Positions 17,280 to 25,323 of a stretch of 32,000 nucleotides of DNA are shown in pieces. The stretch lies in NCBI RefSeq assembly GCF_000020965.1, contig NC_011297.1:664387-696386 (forward strand). Reading direction: 5' to 3'. Within the stretch, counting starts at the first letter, position 1; each line of letters begins with the position of its first letter. The notes beneath the pieces were generated by a model. The model had not been told where the DNA came from. It did no database searches and worked only from the letters and a program-made list of their open reading frames with translations. The translations under genes and the position numbers were made by a program. Source of the stretch: Dictyoglomus thermophilum H-6-12. GTDB lineage: Bacteria; Dictyoglomota; Dictyoglomia; Dictyoglomales; Dictyoglomaceae.

Positions 17280-19367
17280 ATGAAATATGAAACTGAAAAT
17301 TTAAGAAATGTAGGACTTTTTGGACATGGGGGTGCTGGAAAGACAAGTTTAGCGGAGGCGATTCTCTATACTGCAAAAGTAATTGATAGGATGGGAAGAG
17401 TAGAGAATGGAAACACGGTATCGGATTTTGAGCCTGAAGAGATAAAAAGAGGTATTTCTCTAAGCTTATCTATTTTGCCTTTAGAGTGGAAGGGCAAAAA
17501 GATAAACTTGATAGATACTCCAGGATACGCAGATTTTATAGGAGAAATTATAAGTGCATTAAGGGCTGTGGATAGTATGCTTATTGTAATAGATGCAATT
17601 TCAGGAATACAGGTTCAAACTGAGAAGGTTTGGAGTATGGGTGAAGGAGAAAAACTTCCTGTTGCTTTTGTAGTTAATAAACTTGACAGGGAAAACTCGG
17701 ACTTTTTTGAGGTAGTTAAATCTATTCAGGAAAGATTTGGAAGTAAAGCTATTCCTATTTATATTCCCATAGGTAAAGAAGGTAATTTTAACGGTGTTAT
17801 TGATTTGTTAGAAGGCAAGGCTTATATATATAAAGATGAAAAAGGAGATGCTGAAGTTTCAGATATTCCCTCTGATTTAAAATCTGATTATGAAAAGCAC
17901 AGACAACAGCTTATTGAGACCATAATAGAGTTTGATGAAGAACTTTTACAAAAGTACTTAGAAGGAGAAGAAATATCTGGAGATTTAATCCTTAAGACTC
18001 TAAAGGAGGCTTTTAAAAATAGAGAGATCTTCCCTATTTTCCCTGTATCCTCTTTTAAAAATATTGGAGTTTCAAAACTTCTTGATGCTGTAGTTTCCTT
18101 CTTCCCAAGCCCTAAAGAACGTCCTGCTCTTCCTATAGAAGATACAAAAACAGGAGAAACAAAGACCATATCTATTGGTGAGAAAAATGGGCTTTTAGCT
18201 TTTGTATTTAAGACTTCCGCTGATCCCTTTGTGGGTAAGATAAGTTATGTGAGGGTTATTTCTGGGGTTCTAAGACCAGATTCTAACTTATTCAATGTAA
18301 ATAAAAGTGTACAAGAGAAGATAGGAGGACTTTTCTTCCAAAGAGGAAAAAATCAAGAGCCTGCTACCGAGATAAATGCAGGCGATATTGGGGTTATTAC
18401 TAAATTAAAGGAAACGTCTACAAACGAAACTTTGGGAGATAAAGATAATTCAGTAAAAGTTATTCCTGCTGAATTTCCTGAGCCAGTGTTTGCAGTAGCT
18501 GTAGTTCCTAAGTCTAGAGCAGACGAGGATAGAATGAGTACTGCTATTGCTAGAATTCTTGATGAAGATCCTACTTTGAGAGTTCAGAGAAATATTGAGA
18601 CCAATGAAACCTTAATCTATGGCTTAGGAGATTCGCATCTTGAGGTAGTAGTTGAAAGAATGCAGAGAAAGTTTGGTGTTAATGTAACTCTTGGTACCCC
18701 TCAAGTGGCGTATAGGGAAACCATAAGAGCTACAGCAAAGGCAGAAGGAAAGGTTAAGAAACAAACAGGTGGAAGAGGCCAATATGGACATGTATGGCTC
18801 GAACTTGAACCTCTTCCAAGGGGTGCAGGATTTGAATTTGTAGATAAGATTGTAGGCGGAGTAGTACCAAAGAATTATATACCAGCGGTAGAAAAAGGTG
18901 TAAGAGAAACGATGGAAAAAGGTATTCTTGCTGGATATCCTATTGTAGATGTTAGGGTGACGTTGTTTGATGGATCTTATCATGAGGTGGACTCCTCAGA
19001 TATGGCGTTTAAGATTGCAGCTTCTAAAGCTTTCAAAAAAGGTTTCTTAGAAGCCAAACCTGTTCTTCTTGAACCAATAATGATGGTAGAGATAACAGCT
19101 CCCGATGAATATACTGGAGATATAATTAGTGATTTAAACGGTAGAAGAGGAAAAGTAACCTCTATAGAGGCGTTAGGCAAATTGCAAGTGATAAAGGCTC
19201 TTGTTCCTCTTGCAGAAATGTTAAGATATTCTTCCGTATTAAAGTCTATAACTCAAGGAAGAGGATCATATTCTATGAAGTTTTCCCATTATGAAGAAGT
19301 TCCTGCAAAAATCCAAGAGGAAATAATTGCTAAAGCTAAACCTAGAGCTGAAGAAGAAGAGGAATGA
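17280..19367 (+). CDS. Elongation factor G paralog (EF-G2-like translational GTPase)
   Basis: Five-domain EF-G layout with G1 GHGGAGKTS, G3 DTPGYADF and G4 NKLD, plus domain IV/V motifs (GGRGQYGHV, DGSYHEVDSS). The G1 motif differs from the AHIDAGKTT of canonical EF-G. There is no rpsL-rpsG-tuf context. Confidence 0.85.
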   Translation: MKYETENLRNVGLFGHGGAGKTSLAEAILYTAKVIDRMGRVENGNTVSDFEPEEIKRGISLSLSILPLEWKGKKINLIDTPGYADFIGEIISALRAVDSMLIVIDAISGIQVQTEKVWSMGEGEKLPVAFVVNKLDRENSDFFEVVKSIQERFGSKAIPIYIPIGKEGNFNGVIDLLEGKAYIYKDEKGDAEVSDIPSDLKSDYEKHRQQLIETIIEFDEELLQKYLEGEEISGDLILKTLKEAFKNREIFPIFPVSSFKNIGVSKLLDAVVSFFPSPKERPALPIEDTKTGETKTISIGEKNGLLAFVFKTSADPFVGKISYVRVISGVLRPDSNLFNVNKSVQEKIGGLFFQRGKNQEPATEINAGDIGVITKLKETSTNETLGDKDNSVKVIPAEFPEPVFAVAVVPKSRADEDRMSTAIARILDEDPTLRVQRNIETNETLIYGLGDSHLEVVVERMQRKFGVNVTLGTPQVAYRETIRATAKAEGKVKKQTGGRGQYGHVWLELEPLPRGAGFEFVDKIVGGVVPKNYIPAVEKGVRETMEKGILAGYPIVDVRVTLFDGSYHEVDSSDMAFKIAASKAFKKGFLEAKPVLLEPIMMVEITAPDEYTGDIISDLNGRRGKVTSIEALGKLQVIKALVPLAEMLRYSSVLKSITQGRGSYSMKFSHYEEVPAKIQEEIIAKAKPRAEEEEE

Positions 19368-19576
19368 TAGAGAAGATCCAGGTTGGAGATATTTTAGAAC
19401 TTCCTAAGAAGCATCCTTGTGGTGGAAGCAGATGGATAGTGCTTTTTTCAGGGGTTGACATAAAACTTAAATGCGAAAAATGTGGAAGAATAGTAATGCT
19501 TCCTAGAATGGAGGTTAGGAGAAAAGCTAAAAAGGTGGGAGAAGTAAGTTTGGAGGAACTTTCGAAGTATGAATGA
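19364..19576 (+). CDS. Small DUF951-like protein with four Cys (zinc-ribbon-like)
   Basis: ATGA overlap with the EF-G paralog stop. The 70-aa product contains HPCGGSRW...LKCEKCGR. It matches my recollection of the DUF951 family (not searched). Confidence 0.55.
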   Translation: MIEKIQVGDILELPKKHPCGGSRWIVLFSGVDIKLKCEKCGRIVMLPRMEVRRKAKKVGEVSLEELSKYE

Positions 19577-20684
19577 TTGGAAAAGGATTGTGGTAAAAGT
19601 AGGTACTTCAAGTATTACTGATGAGAGGGGAAATCCTTCTGGAGAAAAGATTTTGTCATTAGTTAGGGAATGTGTAAAACTTATGAGAGCTAATAAGGAG
19701 GTAGTGCTTGTATCGTCAGGTGCTATTGCCTCTGGCAGAGAAATAATGCAGAAGCTCTCTAAAAGGAAAGATCTTCCTGCAAAACAAGCTCTTTCGGCCG
19801 TTGGACAAGTAAGGTTGATGCAGTATTATTCTCAGCTTTTTTCTATATTTAAACAGCCTATTGCTCAAATACTTCTTACTGCAGAAGATCTCAGAGATAG
19901 GAAAAGGTATATAAATATCTCTCAAACCTTCGAGACATTAATAGAAGAAAAAGTTGTACCAATTGTTAATGAGAACGATACAGTAGCTGTGGAAGAAATA
20001 AAAATAGGTGATAACGATACTCTTTCGGCAAAGGTGGCTTGTGCTATTAATGCAGATCTTCTTGTAATCTTATCCGATGTGGAAGGATTGTATTCGGAAG
20101 ATCCTAATTTATCACCTAATGCTGTATTAATAAGAGATATCTATGAAATTGATGAAAAAATAGAGAAGATAGCTGGTCCAGGAAAAGGTACTGGTGGAAT
20201 GTATACTAAAGTACAAGCTGCTAAGATAGTAACAGAGGCGGGTATTCCTATGATTCTTGCAAAAGCAGATTTAGAAAATGTTCTTGAGAGAATAGTTCTA
20301 AAAAAAGAAAAAGTTGGAACGATGTTTTATCCAGTAGAGAGGCATCTAAATAGAAGGAAGCATTGGATGCTTTTTATGGCAAAACCTCAGGGAAAAGTAT
20401 ATATAGATGATGGGGCAAAAGATGCTCTATTGAAAAAGGGTAAAAGCTTGCTTCCTGTTGGAGTTAAAAAGATAGAAGGAGAATTTGTAAGAGGAGATAC
20501 GGTAAGTATTTTAGATCTTACTGGAGAAGAAATTGGACGTGGGATAACGAATTATGATAGTTCTGAATTGGAAAGGATAAAGGGTAAAAATACTGAGGAA
20601 ATAAAAAATATTTTAGGTGAGGATTTTTACGAGGAAGTAATTCATAGAAATAACTTGGTATTAATAAACCGAGGGGACTCTTAA
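19569..20684 (+). CDS. proB: Glutamate 5-kinase ProB with C-terminal PUA domain
   Basis: Amino-acid-kinase motifs (IVVKVGTSSIT, VLVSSGAIASG, GDNDTLSA, GTGGMYTKVQAA) and a PUA-type C-terminus (GKVYIDDGA...LLPVGV...GEFVRGDTV). Overlaps the upstream gene by 8 nt. Confidence 0.9.
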   Translation: MNDWKRIVVKVGTSSITDERGNPSGEKILSLVRECVKLMRANKEVVLVSSGAIASGREIMQKLSKRKDLPAKQALSAVGQVRLMQYYSQLFSIFKQPIAQILLTAEDLRDRKRYINISQTFETLIEEKVVPIVNENDTVAVEEIKIGDNDTLSAKVACAINADLLVILSDVEGLYSEDPNLSPNAVLIRDIYEIDEKIEKIAGPGKGTGGMYTKVQAAKIVTEAGIPMILAKADLENVLERIVLKKEKVGTMFYPVERHLNRRKHWMLFMAKPQGKVYIDDGAKDALLKKGKSLLPVGVKKIEGEFVRGDTVSILDLTGEEIGRGITNYDSSELERIKGKNTEEIKNILGEDFYEEVIHRNNLVLINRGDS

Positions 20685-20700
20685 GAGTCCCCTTTTCTTT
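20673..20700 (+). terminator. Rho-independent terminator after proB
   Basis: A perfect 8-bp GC-rich stem, GGGGACTC (20673-20680) / GAGTCCCC (20685-20692), with a 4-nt TTAA loop, followed by TTTTCTTT. The proB stop codon TAA (20682-20684) lies in the loop. Confidence 0.8.
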
Positions 20701-20709
20701 ACCATATTT

Positions 20710-20784
20710 TGGTGGAGGCGATGGGATTTGAACCCACGACCTCTTGCATGCGAAGCAAGCGCTCTCCCACTGAGCTACGCCCCC
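20710..20784 (-). tRNA. tRNA-Ala (anticodon CGC), CCA encoded
   Basis: The reverse complement reads GGGGGCG-TA-GCTC-AGTGGGA-GAGC-G-CTTGC-TTCGCAT-GCAAG-AGGTC-GTGGG-TTCAAAT-CCCAT-CGCCTCC-ACCA. This folds as a full cloverleaf with the G3:U70 alanine identity pair, anticodon CGC and T-loop TTCAAAT. Confidence 0.92.
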
Positions 20785-20815
20785 ATTTAATTATTTCTGT
20801 TAGATGTCTATTTAG

Positions 20816-20844
20816 TTTATAAGTGATAAAAGCCTTTTTGTCAA
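20816..20844 (-). promoter_or_regulatory. Sigma-70-type promoter for tRNA-Ala (-35 TTGACA, 17 bp, -10 TATAAA)
   Basis: On the minus strand there is a perfect TTGACA (plus coordinates 20844-20839), a 17-nt spacer and TATAAA (20821-20816). The -10 ends about 30 nt upstream of the mature tRNA 5' end. Confidence 0.5.
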
Positions 20845-20874
20845 ATGTTTTTAAAAGAAATAAAATTGTATAAT
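20838..20874 (+). promoter_or_regulatory. Sigma-70-type promoter for the MacB-type efflux operon
   Basis: TTGTCA (20838-20843), a 17-nt spacer and TAAAAT (20861-20866). A perfect TATAAT also lies just downstream (20869-20874). The region is about 50-60 nt upstream of the ATPase start. Confidence 0.45.
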
Positions 20875-20924
20875 GTACCGTCTTAATAAAAAGAATCTTT
20901 CCTAGAAAGGATGTGAGAGAGAAA

Positions 20925-21632
20925 ATGGATGATATTTTTGTTTTAGAAAATGTGGTAAAGATATATAAAATGGATGGTGTAGAGACAGTAGCGCTGAATG
21001 GGGTTTCTTTAAGGGTAAAAAGAGGAGAATTCATAGCAATAATGGGGCCGTCTGGTTCGGGTAAATCTACCATGATGCATCTTATGGGTTGTCTTGATAG
21101 ACCTACGTCAGGCAAGATTTATTTTGAGGGAAAAGATGTATCTCAACTTTCTGATGATGAACTTGCAGAGATAAGGAATAAGAAAATAGGCTTTGTCTTT
21201 CAGAGCTTCTATCTTCTTCCTCGTTATGATGCCATTCAAAACGTAGAACTCCCTCTTATATATAGAGGGGTTCCTCCTAAGGAGAGAAAAGAGAAGGCAA
21301 AATTAATGCTTGAGAGAATGGGGCTTGGAGATAGATTACATCACAGGCCGACTCAGCTTTCAGGGGGACAGCAACAAAGGGTTGCTATTGCAAGAGCTTT
21401 GATTGTAGATCCTGTAGTTCTTCTTGCTGATGAGCCTACAGGAAATTTAGATTCAAAGTCCAGTCATGAAATAATGGAGCTTATCAGTAAACTTCATAAA
21501 GAGGAGAATTTAACTATTATACTTGTTACTCACGAGATTGATATTGCAAGTTATGCTGAAAAGATTGTTAGAATGCAAGATGGCAAGATAGTAGATATTG
21601 AGGATAAGAAGAGGGAGAAAAGCCATGTTTAG
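20925..21632 (+). CDS. ABC transporter ATP-binding protein, MacB/LolD-type (stand-alone NBD)
   Basis: Walker A GPSGSGKST, signature LSGGQQQRVAIARAL, Walker B LLADEPTGNLD and H-loop VTHE. The N-terminus IFVLENVVKIYKMDGVETVALNGVSL is typical of the MacB/LolD clade. The track ORF starts at GTG 20913; ATG 20925 is equally plausible. Confidence 0.85.
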   Translation: MDDIFVLENVVKIYKMDGVETVALNGVSLRVKRGEFIAIMGPSGSGKSTMMHLMGCLDRPTSGKIYFEGKDVSQLSDDELAEIRNKKIGFVFQSFYLLPRYDAIQNVELPLIYRGVPPKERKEKAKLMLERMGLGDRLHHRPTQLSGGQQQRVAIARALIVDPVVLLADEPTGNLDSKSSHEIMELISKLHKEENLTIILVTHEIDIASYAEKIVRMQDGKIVDIEDKKREKSHV

Positions 21633-22968
21633 GAAACTTATGTTTTCTCTTTTTATAATTTTTTTGTTACTTACAACTTTTGTCTTTGCCGAGGATTATT
21701 TAACTCTCGAGGATCTGAAGCCTTTGCTGACTAATTCTCCTCTCTATAAGATCTATCAAGCACAATATAATAGTAGCTTACAAGAATATTATCTTGCTTA
21801 TTCTAGTTTAAAACCACAACTTTCTTTACAGATATCCTATAATCAAGGGGAAACAAGTGTAACCTTAAATAATGTTACTTCTACAAGCGAATCAAAATCG
21901 GGAAATTTATCCTTAAATTTTTCTCAAATTCTTTTTACAAAAGGACAGGCGGGTATAAATGTAAAACTGGCTGAGTTAAATTTAGAACAAGCAAAGAACG
22001 ATTTCAAGAATAATGTTCAAAATTTATACTATCAATTTTTGCAAAACTTTTATAACCTATATCTTGCCCAGGAACAGCTAAAAATATATGAGGAGAGTTA
22101 CAAACTTGCTAAGAGGCAAGAAGAAGTAGCAGAGAAACAATTCAAAGATGGTCTAATAAATGAGATTAGTTTTATGGATTATAAGCAAAAAGCAAAACTT
22201 GCAGAGATAAATTATAATTCTGCAAAGAATAATTTAGAATTAAGTTATAAATCTCTTGAAAATCTTTTAGGCAAAACCCTTCCACGAAAACCTGTAAAAC
22301 TTGGTGTAAAATATGAGCCTGTTACCTATTCCTACGATGAGTTAATATCAAGGTTATATTCCAATAATTTGACCATTAAAAATTCCAAGCTTGATATTGA
22401 GAAAGCCAAGATAAATCTTGAAAAATCTAATATTCCTCCTTGGAATATCTCTGTCAGTGGAAGTTTTACTTCAGGGAATACTACTTATGCTTTATCTTTT
22501 GATACTCAGAATTATGTCCTTAATACTTCAATAAATCCAAGTTGGAGTACCTCGCAAAAAAATAGTAGTGAAAACATATGGAACTTTAGAATTTCTTTCA
22601 GTACACCTATATTAGATGGTGGTAGTAAAAATATTAGTAAAAATCAGGCTCAACTTTCTTTAGAGAGCTCTCAAATAAATTATGATAAGACTAAAAAAGA
22701 CGTAGAGCTTAGTTTTTTGAAAACTTACTATAATCTTTTAATAGCTCAAGAGAGCATAAAACAGAAAGAGCTTGTTCTGGAACAAAAGAAAGCTAATTTA
22801 GAGGCTCAAAAAATAAGATATAATCTTGGTTTGATCACGGATCTTGATCTTAAAAATTATGAAATTGATTATATGCAGGCAAATTACGATCTTGAAAGTT
22901 CAATCTTGAATTTTAATCTCCAGAAAGTTCAACTGTTTATTCTTTTAGGAGATTTGGAGGTGAACTAA
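21625..22968 (+). CDS. TolC-like outer membrane efflux protein (OMF 1)
   Basis: ATG 21625 has GAGGGAG 7 nt upstream and overlaps the ATPase gene by 8 nt; the track ORF starts at 21598. Signal peptide MFRKLMFSLFIIFLLLTTFVFA. The OEP-type N-terminus LTLEDLKPLL is followed by two long coiled-coil repeats separated by beta-strand segments. Confidence 0.7.
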   Translation: MFRKLMFSLFIIFLLLTTFVFAEDYLTLEDLKPLLTNSPLYKIYQAQYNSSLQEYYLAYSSLKPQLSLQISYNQGETSVTLNNVTSTSESKSGNLSLNFSQILFTKGQAGINVKLAELNLEQAKNDFKNNVQNLYYQFLQNFYNLYLAQEQLKIYEESYKLAKRQEEVAEKQFKDGLINEISFMDYKQKAKLAEINYNSAKNNLELSYKSLENLLGKTLPRKPVKLGVKYEPVTYSYDELISRLYSNNLTIKNSKLDIEKAKINLEKSNIPPWNISVSGSFTSGNTTYALSFDTQNYVLNTSINPSWSTSQKNSSENIWNFRISFSTPILDGGSKNISKNQAQLSLESSQINYDKTKKDVELSFLKTYYNLLIAQESIKQKELVLEQKKANLEAQKIRYNLGLITDLDLKNYEIDYMQANYDLESSILNFNLQKVQLFILLGDLEVN

Positions 22969-22971
22969 TCT

Positions 22972-24003
22972 ATGTTTAAAAAATTTTTTATAGTTTTTAT
23001 GTCTCTTGTTTTATTGTGTTCTATATCTTTTTCTCAAGAGAAAAAAATATTGTCTATTGAAGAGGCTATAGACATTGCGTTGAAAAATAATGGGGATCTT
23101 CTAATAGCGAAGATTAACTTAGACAATGCTTCTCTCGATTATGAAAATAAGAAGAAAGATCCTACTACTTTGGTATTAGCCTTGAAACAATCTGAACTAA
23201 GTTTAAACCTTGAGAAAGTTAGATATGAAAATACCAAATTACAAGTCATGCAAAGTGTAAGGAATGCATATTTTAATGTTTTAGAGGCACAAGCTCAAGT
23301 TAGATTAAATGAAAAGCAATTGACTTATTATGAAGAGGTTTTTAATGCTACAAAAGCAAAATATCAGGTGGGAAATGCTACCGCAACTGATGTGAGTCAA
23401 GCTGAGTTAAACTATCTGTCTGCGGTGAATTCTTTAAAAACTGCCCAAAATAATTTAACAATATATTGGAGCCAATTTTGGCAAACTCTTGGAATATCAC
23501 CTATGGAGGGTGTGACTCTAAAAGAGCCTGAATTAAAATCATTCAGTTTTAATTTTGATGAATTGTTTAACATAGCTAAAGACAATCTTCCTTCTTTAGT
23601 GCAGGCTAAAAATAATGTTGAACTTTATGAACTTCAGGTCAAACTTTATGACAACGATTATACACCTAAGGCCACATTGATATCTGCAAAGAACTCTCTT
23701 GAAAGTGCAAAAAAATCTTATGAACAATCTTTAAATAATGCAAAAGTAACTATTGCTCAAAGATTAGAACAGCTTAATGCAAGTCTAAAGGACTTAGAAA
23801 TTCAACAAAAAAATTTAGATCTTGCTAAAGAAAATTACAAGATAGCACAACTTAAGTTTGATGCTGGTTTAATAACAAAAATTGATCTAATGAGTGCTGA
23901 AATAAACATCATAAAGGCTGAAAATAATTACTATTCTTCTCTCCATAATTATTGGAAAAATTTAGACAGTCTATCATTGGCTATAGGGAAAGCTCTTTAT
24001 TAG
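22972..24003 (+). CDS. TolC-like outer membrane efflux protein (OMF 2, short)
   Basis: Signal peptide (FFIVFMSLVLLCSISFS). OEP-type start LSIEEAIDIALKNNGDLLIAKINLDNA and repeated coiled-coil segments. At 343 aa it is short for the family. Confidence 0.65.
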   Translation: MFKKFFIVFMSLVLLCSISFSQEKKILSIEEAIDIALKNNGDLLIAKINLDNASLDYENKKKDPTTLVLALKQSELSLNLEKVRYENTKLQVMQSVRNAYFNVLEAQAQVRLNEKQLTYYEEVFNATKAKYQVGNATATDVSQAELNYLSAVNSLKTAQNNLTIYWSQFWQTLGISPMEGVTLKEPELKSFSFNFDELFNIAKDNLPSLVQAKNNVELYELQVKLYDNDYTPKATLISAKNSLESAKKSYEQSLNNAKVTIAQRLEQLNASLKDLEIQQKNLDLAKENYKIAQLKFDAGLITKIDLMSAEINIIKAENNYYSSLHNYWKNLDSLSLAIGKALY

Positions 24004-24018
24004 TTGGAGGTTGAAATT

Positions 24019-25314
24019 ATGAAAAGGAAATTATTTATTATCTTTGTAATTTTGATTCTAGTAGGGGTTGGACTTTGGTGGGGATTTGGAAGAACAAACA
24101 AAGGTAATAAAAATAATGTTACTCTTAATACCTATACAGTAAGAAGGGGAGATTTAACTATTACTGTTTCTGGGAGTGGGATTTTAGAAGCTGAGAGAAG
24201 CCTTGATATAACAAGTAAGGTCTCAGGCACAGTGATATATGTAGTTGAAGAAGGTAAAAGGGTTAAAGAAGGTGATGTTTTAGTAAAAATTGATCCAACA
24301 GACTATCAGAATGCTTATCAGCAAGCTTTAATTGCTTATGAGAATTATGAAAATTCTTATGAACAAGCTAAGTTAAATTATGAGACTCAGAAAAGACAAC
24401 TTGAGAAAAATTTGAAAGACGCACAAATAACTAGAGATAATGCATATATAGAATATCAAAATGCTAAAAATAATCTTGAAAGGATCGAAGAATTATTTAA
24501 AAAAGGTTTTGCTTCCCAAAGTGATTTAGATACAGCAAAATTCAATTTTGAAAAGGCAAAGAATTCTTTAACTCAAGCAGAGTCTAATCTAAAATTGGTA
24601 AAGGAAAACTATGACAGCCAATTAAAAAGTTTACAAAAAGAACTTGAAGCAAGTAAACTTTCTTTGGAAAAGGCTAAGATAGATCTTTCGAACGCTAAAA
24701 GAAATTTAGAAAATACTATAATTAAAGCTCCCTTTTCAGGGATTGTAGCAAATGTAAACGTTGTTAAAGGCCAAAATATATCTTCAAATACGGTATTGAT
24801 GACTCTTCTTGATACTAAAAATGTGGAACTTTCTCTTGAGGTAGATGAAACAGATATTGGCAAGGTTTCAGTAGGTCTTCCTGTAAGAATCTCCTTGGAT
24901 GCTTTTCCTGATGAAGAATTTGAAGGTAAGGTTATTAGGATATCTCCTACAGCTACCATTTCTAATAATATTCCTATTTTTAAGGTAAGGGTCAGAATTC
25001 CTAATGAAGATTTAAGATTAAAGGTAGGAATGAGTGCCGATGGAGATATCATTCTTTTAGAAAGAAAGAATGTTCTTCTTGTTCCTCTAAAGGCTGTGAA
25101 AAAGACAGAAAGAAGAAGTTATGTGGAAGTATTGAAGCCAAATGGAGAAAGGGAACTGGTTAGGGTAACTCTCGGAGAAGATGATGGGACAAATGTAGTG
25201 GTTGAAAGTGGATTAAAGGAAGGAGATATAGTAATTCTTCCATCTTCAAGTACCACTTCTACCAGTAGAAATCAACAAGTTCAAATGAGAATTCCTGGAG
25301 TGCCTTTGAGGTAG
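24019..25314 (+). CDS. Periplasmic adaptor (membrane fusion protein), MacA/HlyD family
   Basis: ATG 24019 has GGAGG 8 nt upstream; the track ORF starts at TTG 24004. It has an N-terminal TM anchor, a lipoyl-like half GTVIYVVEEGKRVKEGDVLVKIDP, a long coiled-coil hairpin, the second lipoyl half IIKAPFSGIVANVNVVKGQNI, and beta-barrel plus membrane-proximal domains. Confidence 0.8.
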   Translation: MKRKLFIIFVILILVGVGLWWGFGRTNKGNKNNVTLNTYTVRRGDLTITVSGSGILEAERSLDITSKVSGTVIYVVEEGKRVKEGDVLVKIDPTDYQNAYQQALIAYENYENSYEQAKLNYETQKRQLEKNLKDAQITRDNAYIEYQNAKNNLERIEELFKKGFASQSDLDTAKFNFEKAKNSLTQAESNLKLVKENYDSQLKSLQKELEASKLSLEKAKIDLSNAKRNLENTIIKAPFSGIVANVNVVKGQNISSNTVLMTLLDTKNVELSLEVDETDIGKVSVGLPVRISLDAFPDEEFEGKVIRISPTATISNNIPIFKVRVRIPNEDLRLKVGMSADGDIILLERKNVLLVPLKAVKKTERRSYVEVLKPNGERELVRVTLGEDDGTNVVVESGLKEGDIVILPSSSTTSTSRNQQVQMRIPGVPLR

Positions 25315-25323
25315 GTGAAAGAT

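Noticed and set aside
758-19611. Numerous 60-150 aa minus-strand ORFs in the track, e.g. 758..943, 4519..4725, 4872..5108, 5149..5448, 5445..5636, 5600..5809, 6424..6615, 7349..7576, 9509..9718, 11834..12061, 14750..15154, 15788..16009, 17059..17376, 17888..18169, 18624..19180 and 19342..19611. The later ones 19716..19925, 24609..25052, 25281..25571, 25668..25874, 27215..27481, 28019..28288 and 30877..31209 belong to the same class.
   Set aside because: All lie antisense inside well-supported plus-strand genes and lack RBS motifs. Their products are low-complexity and S/I/F/L-rich, as expected from reading AT-rich coding DNA backwards. They are shadow ORFs.
20897-20912. Short imperfect palindrome CTTTCCTAGAAAG just upstream of the ATPase start, considered as a possible operator.
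   Set aside because: Only 4-5 bp per arm pair, it overlaps the probable RBS region, and no partner regulator gene lies nearby.
20699-21115. A 138-aa minus-strand ORF spanning the tRNA-Ala gene and the 5' end of the ABC ATPase gene.
   Set aside because: It reads straight through a canonical tRNA and the divergent promoter region and runs antisense to a conserved Walker A segment. It is an artefact of ORF calling.
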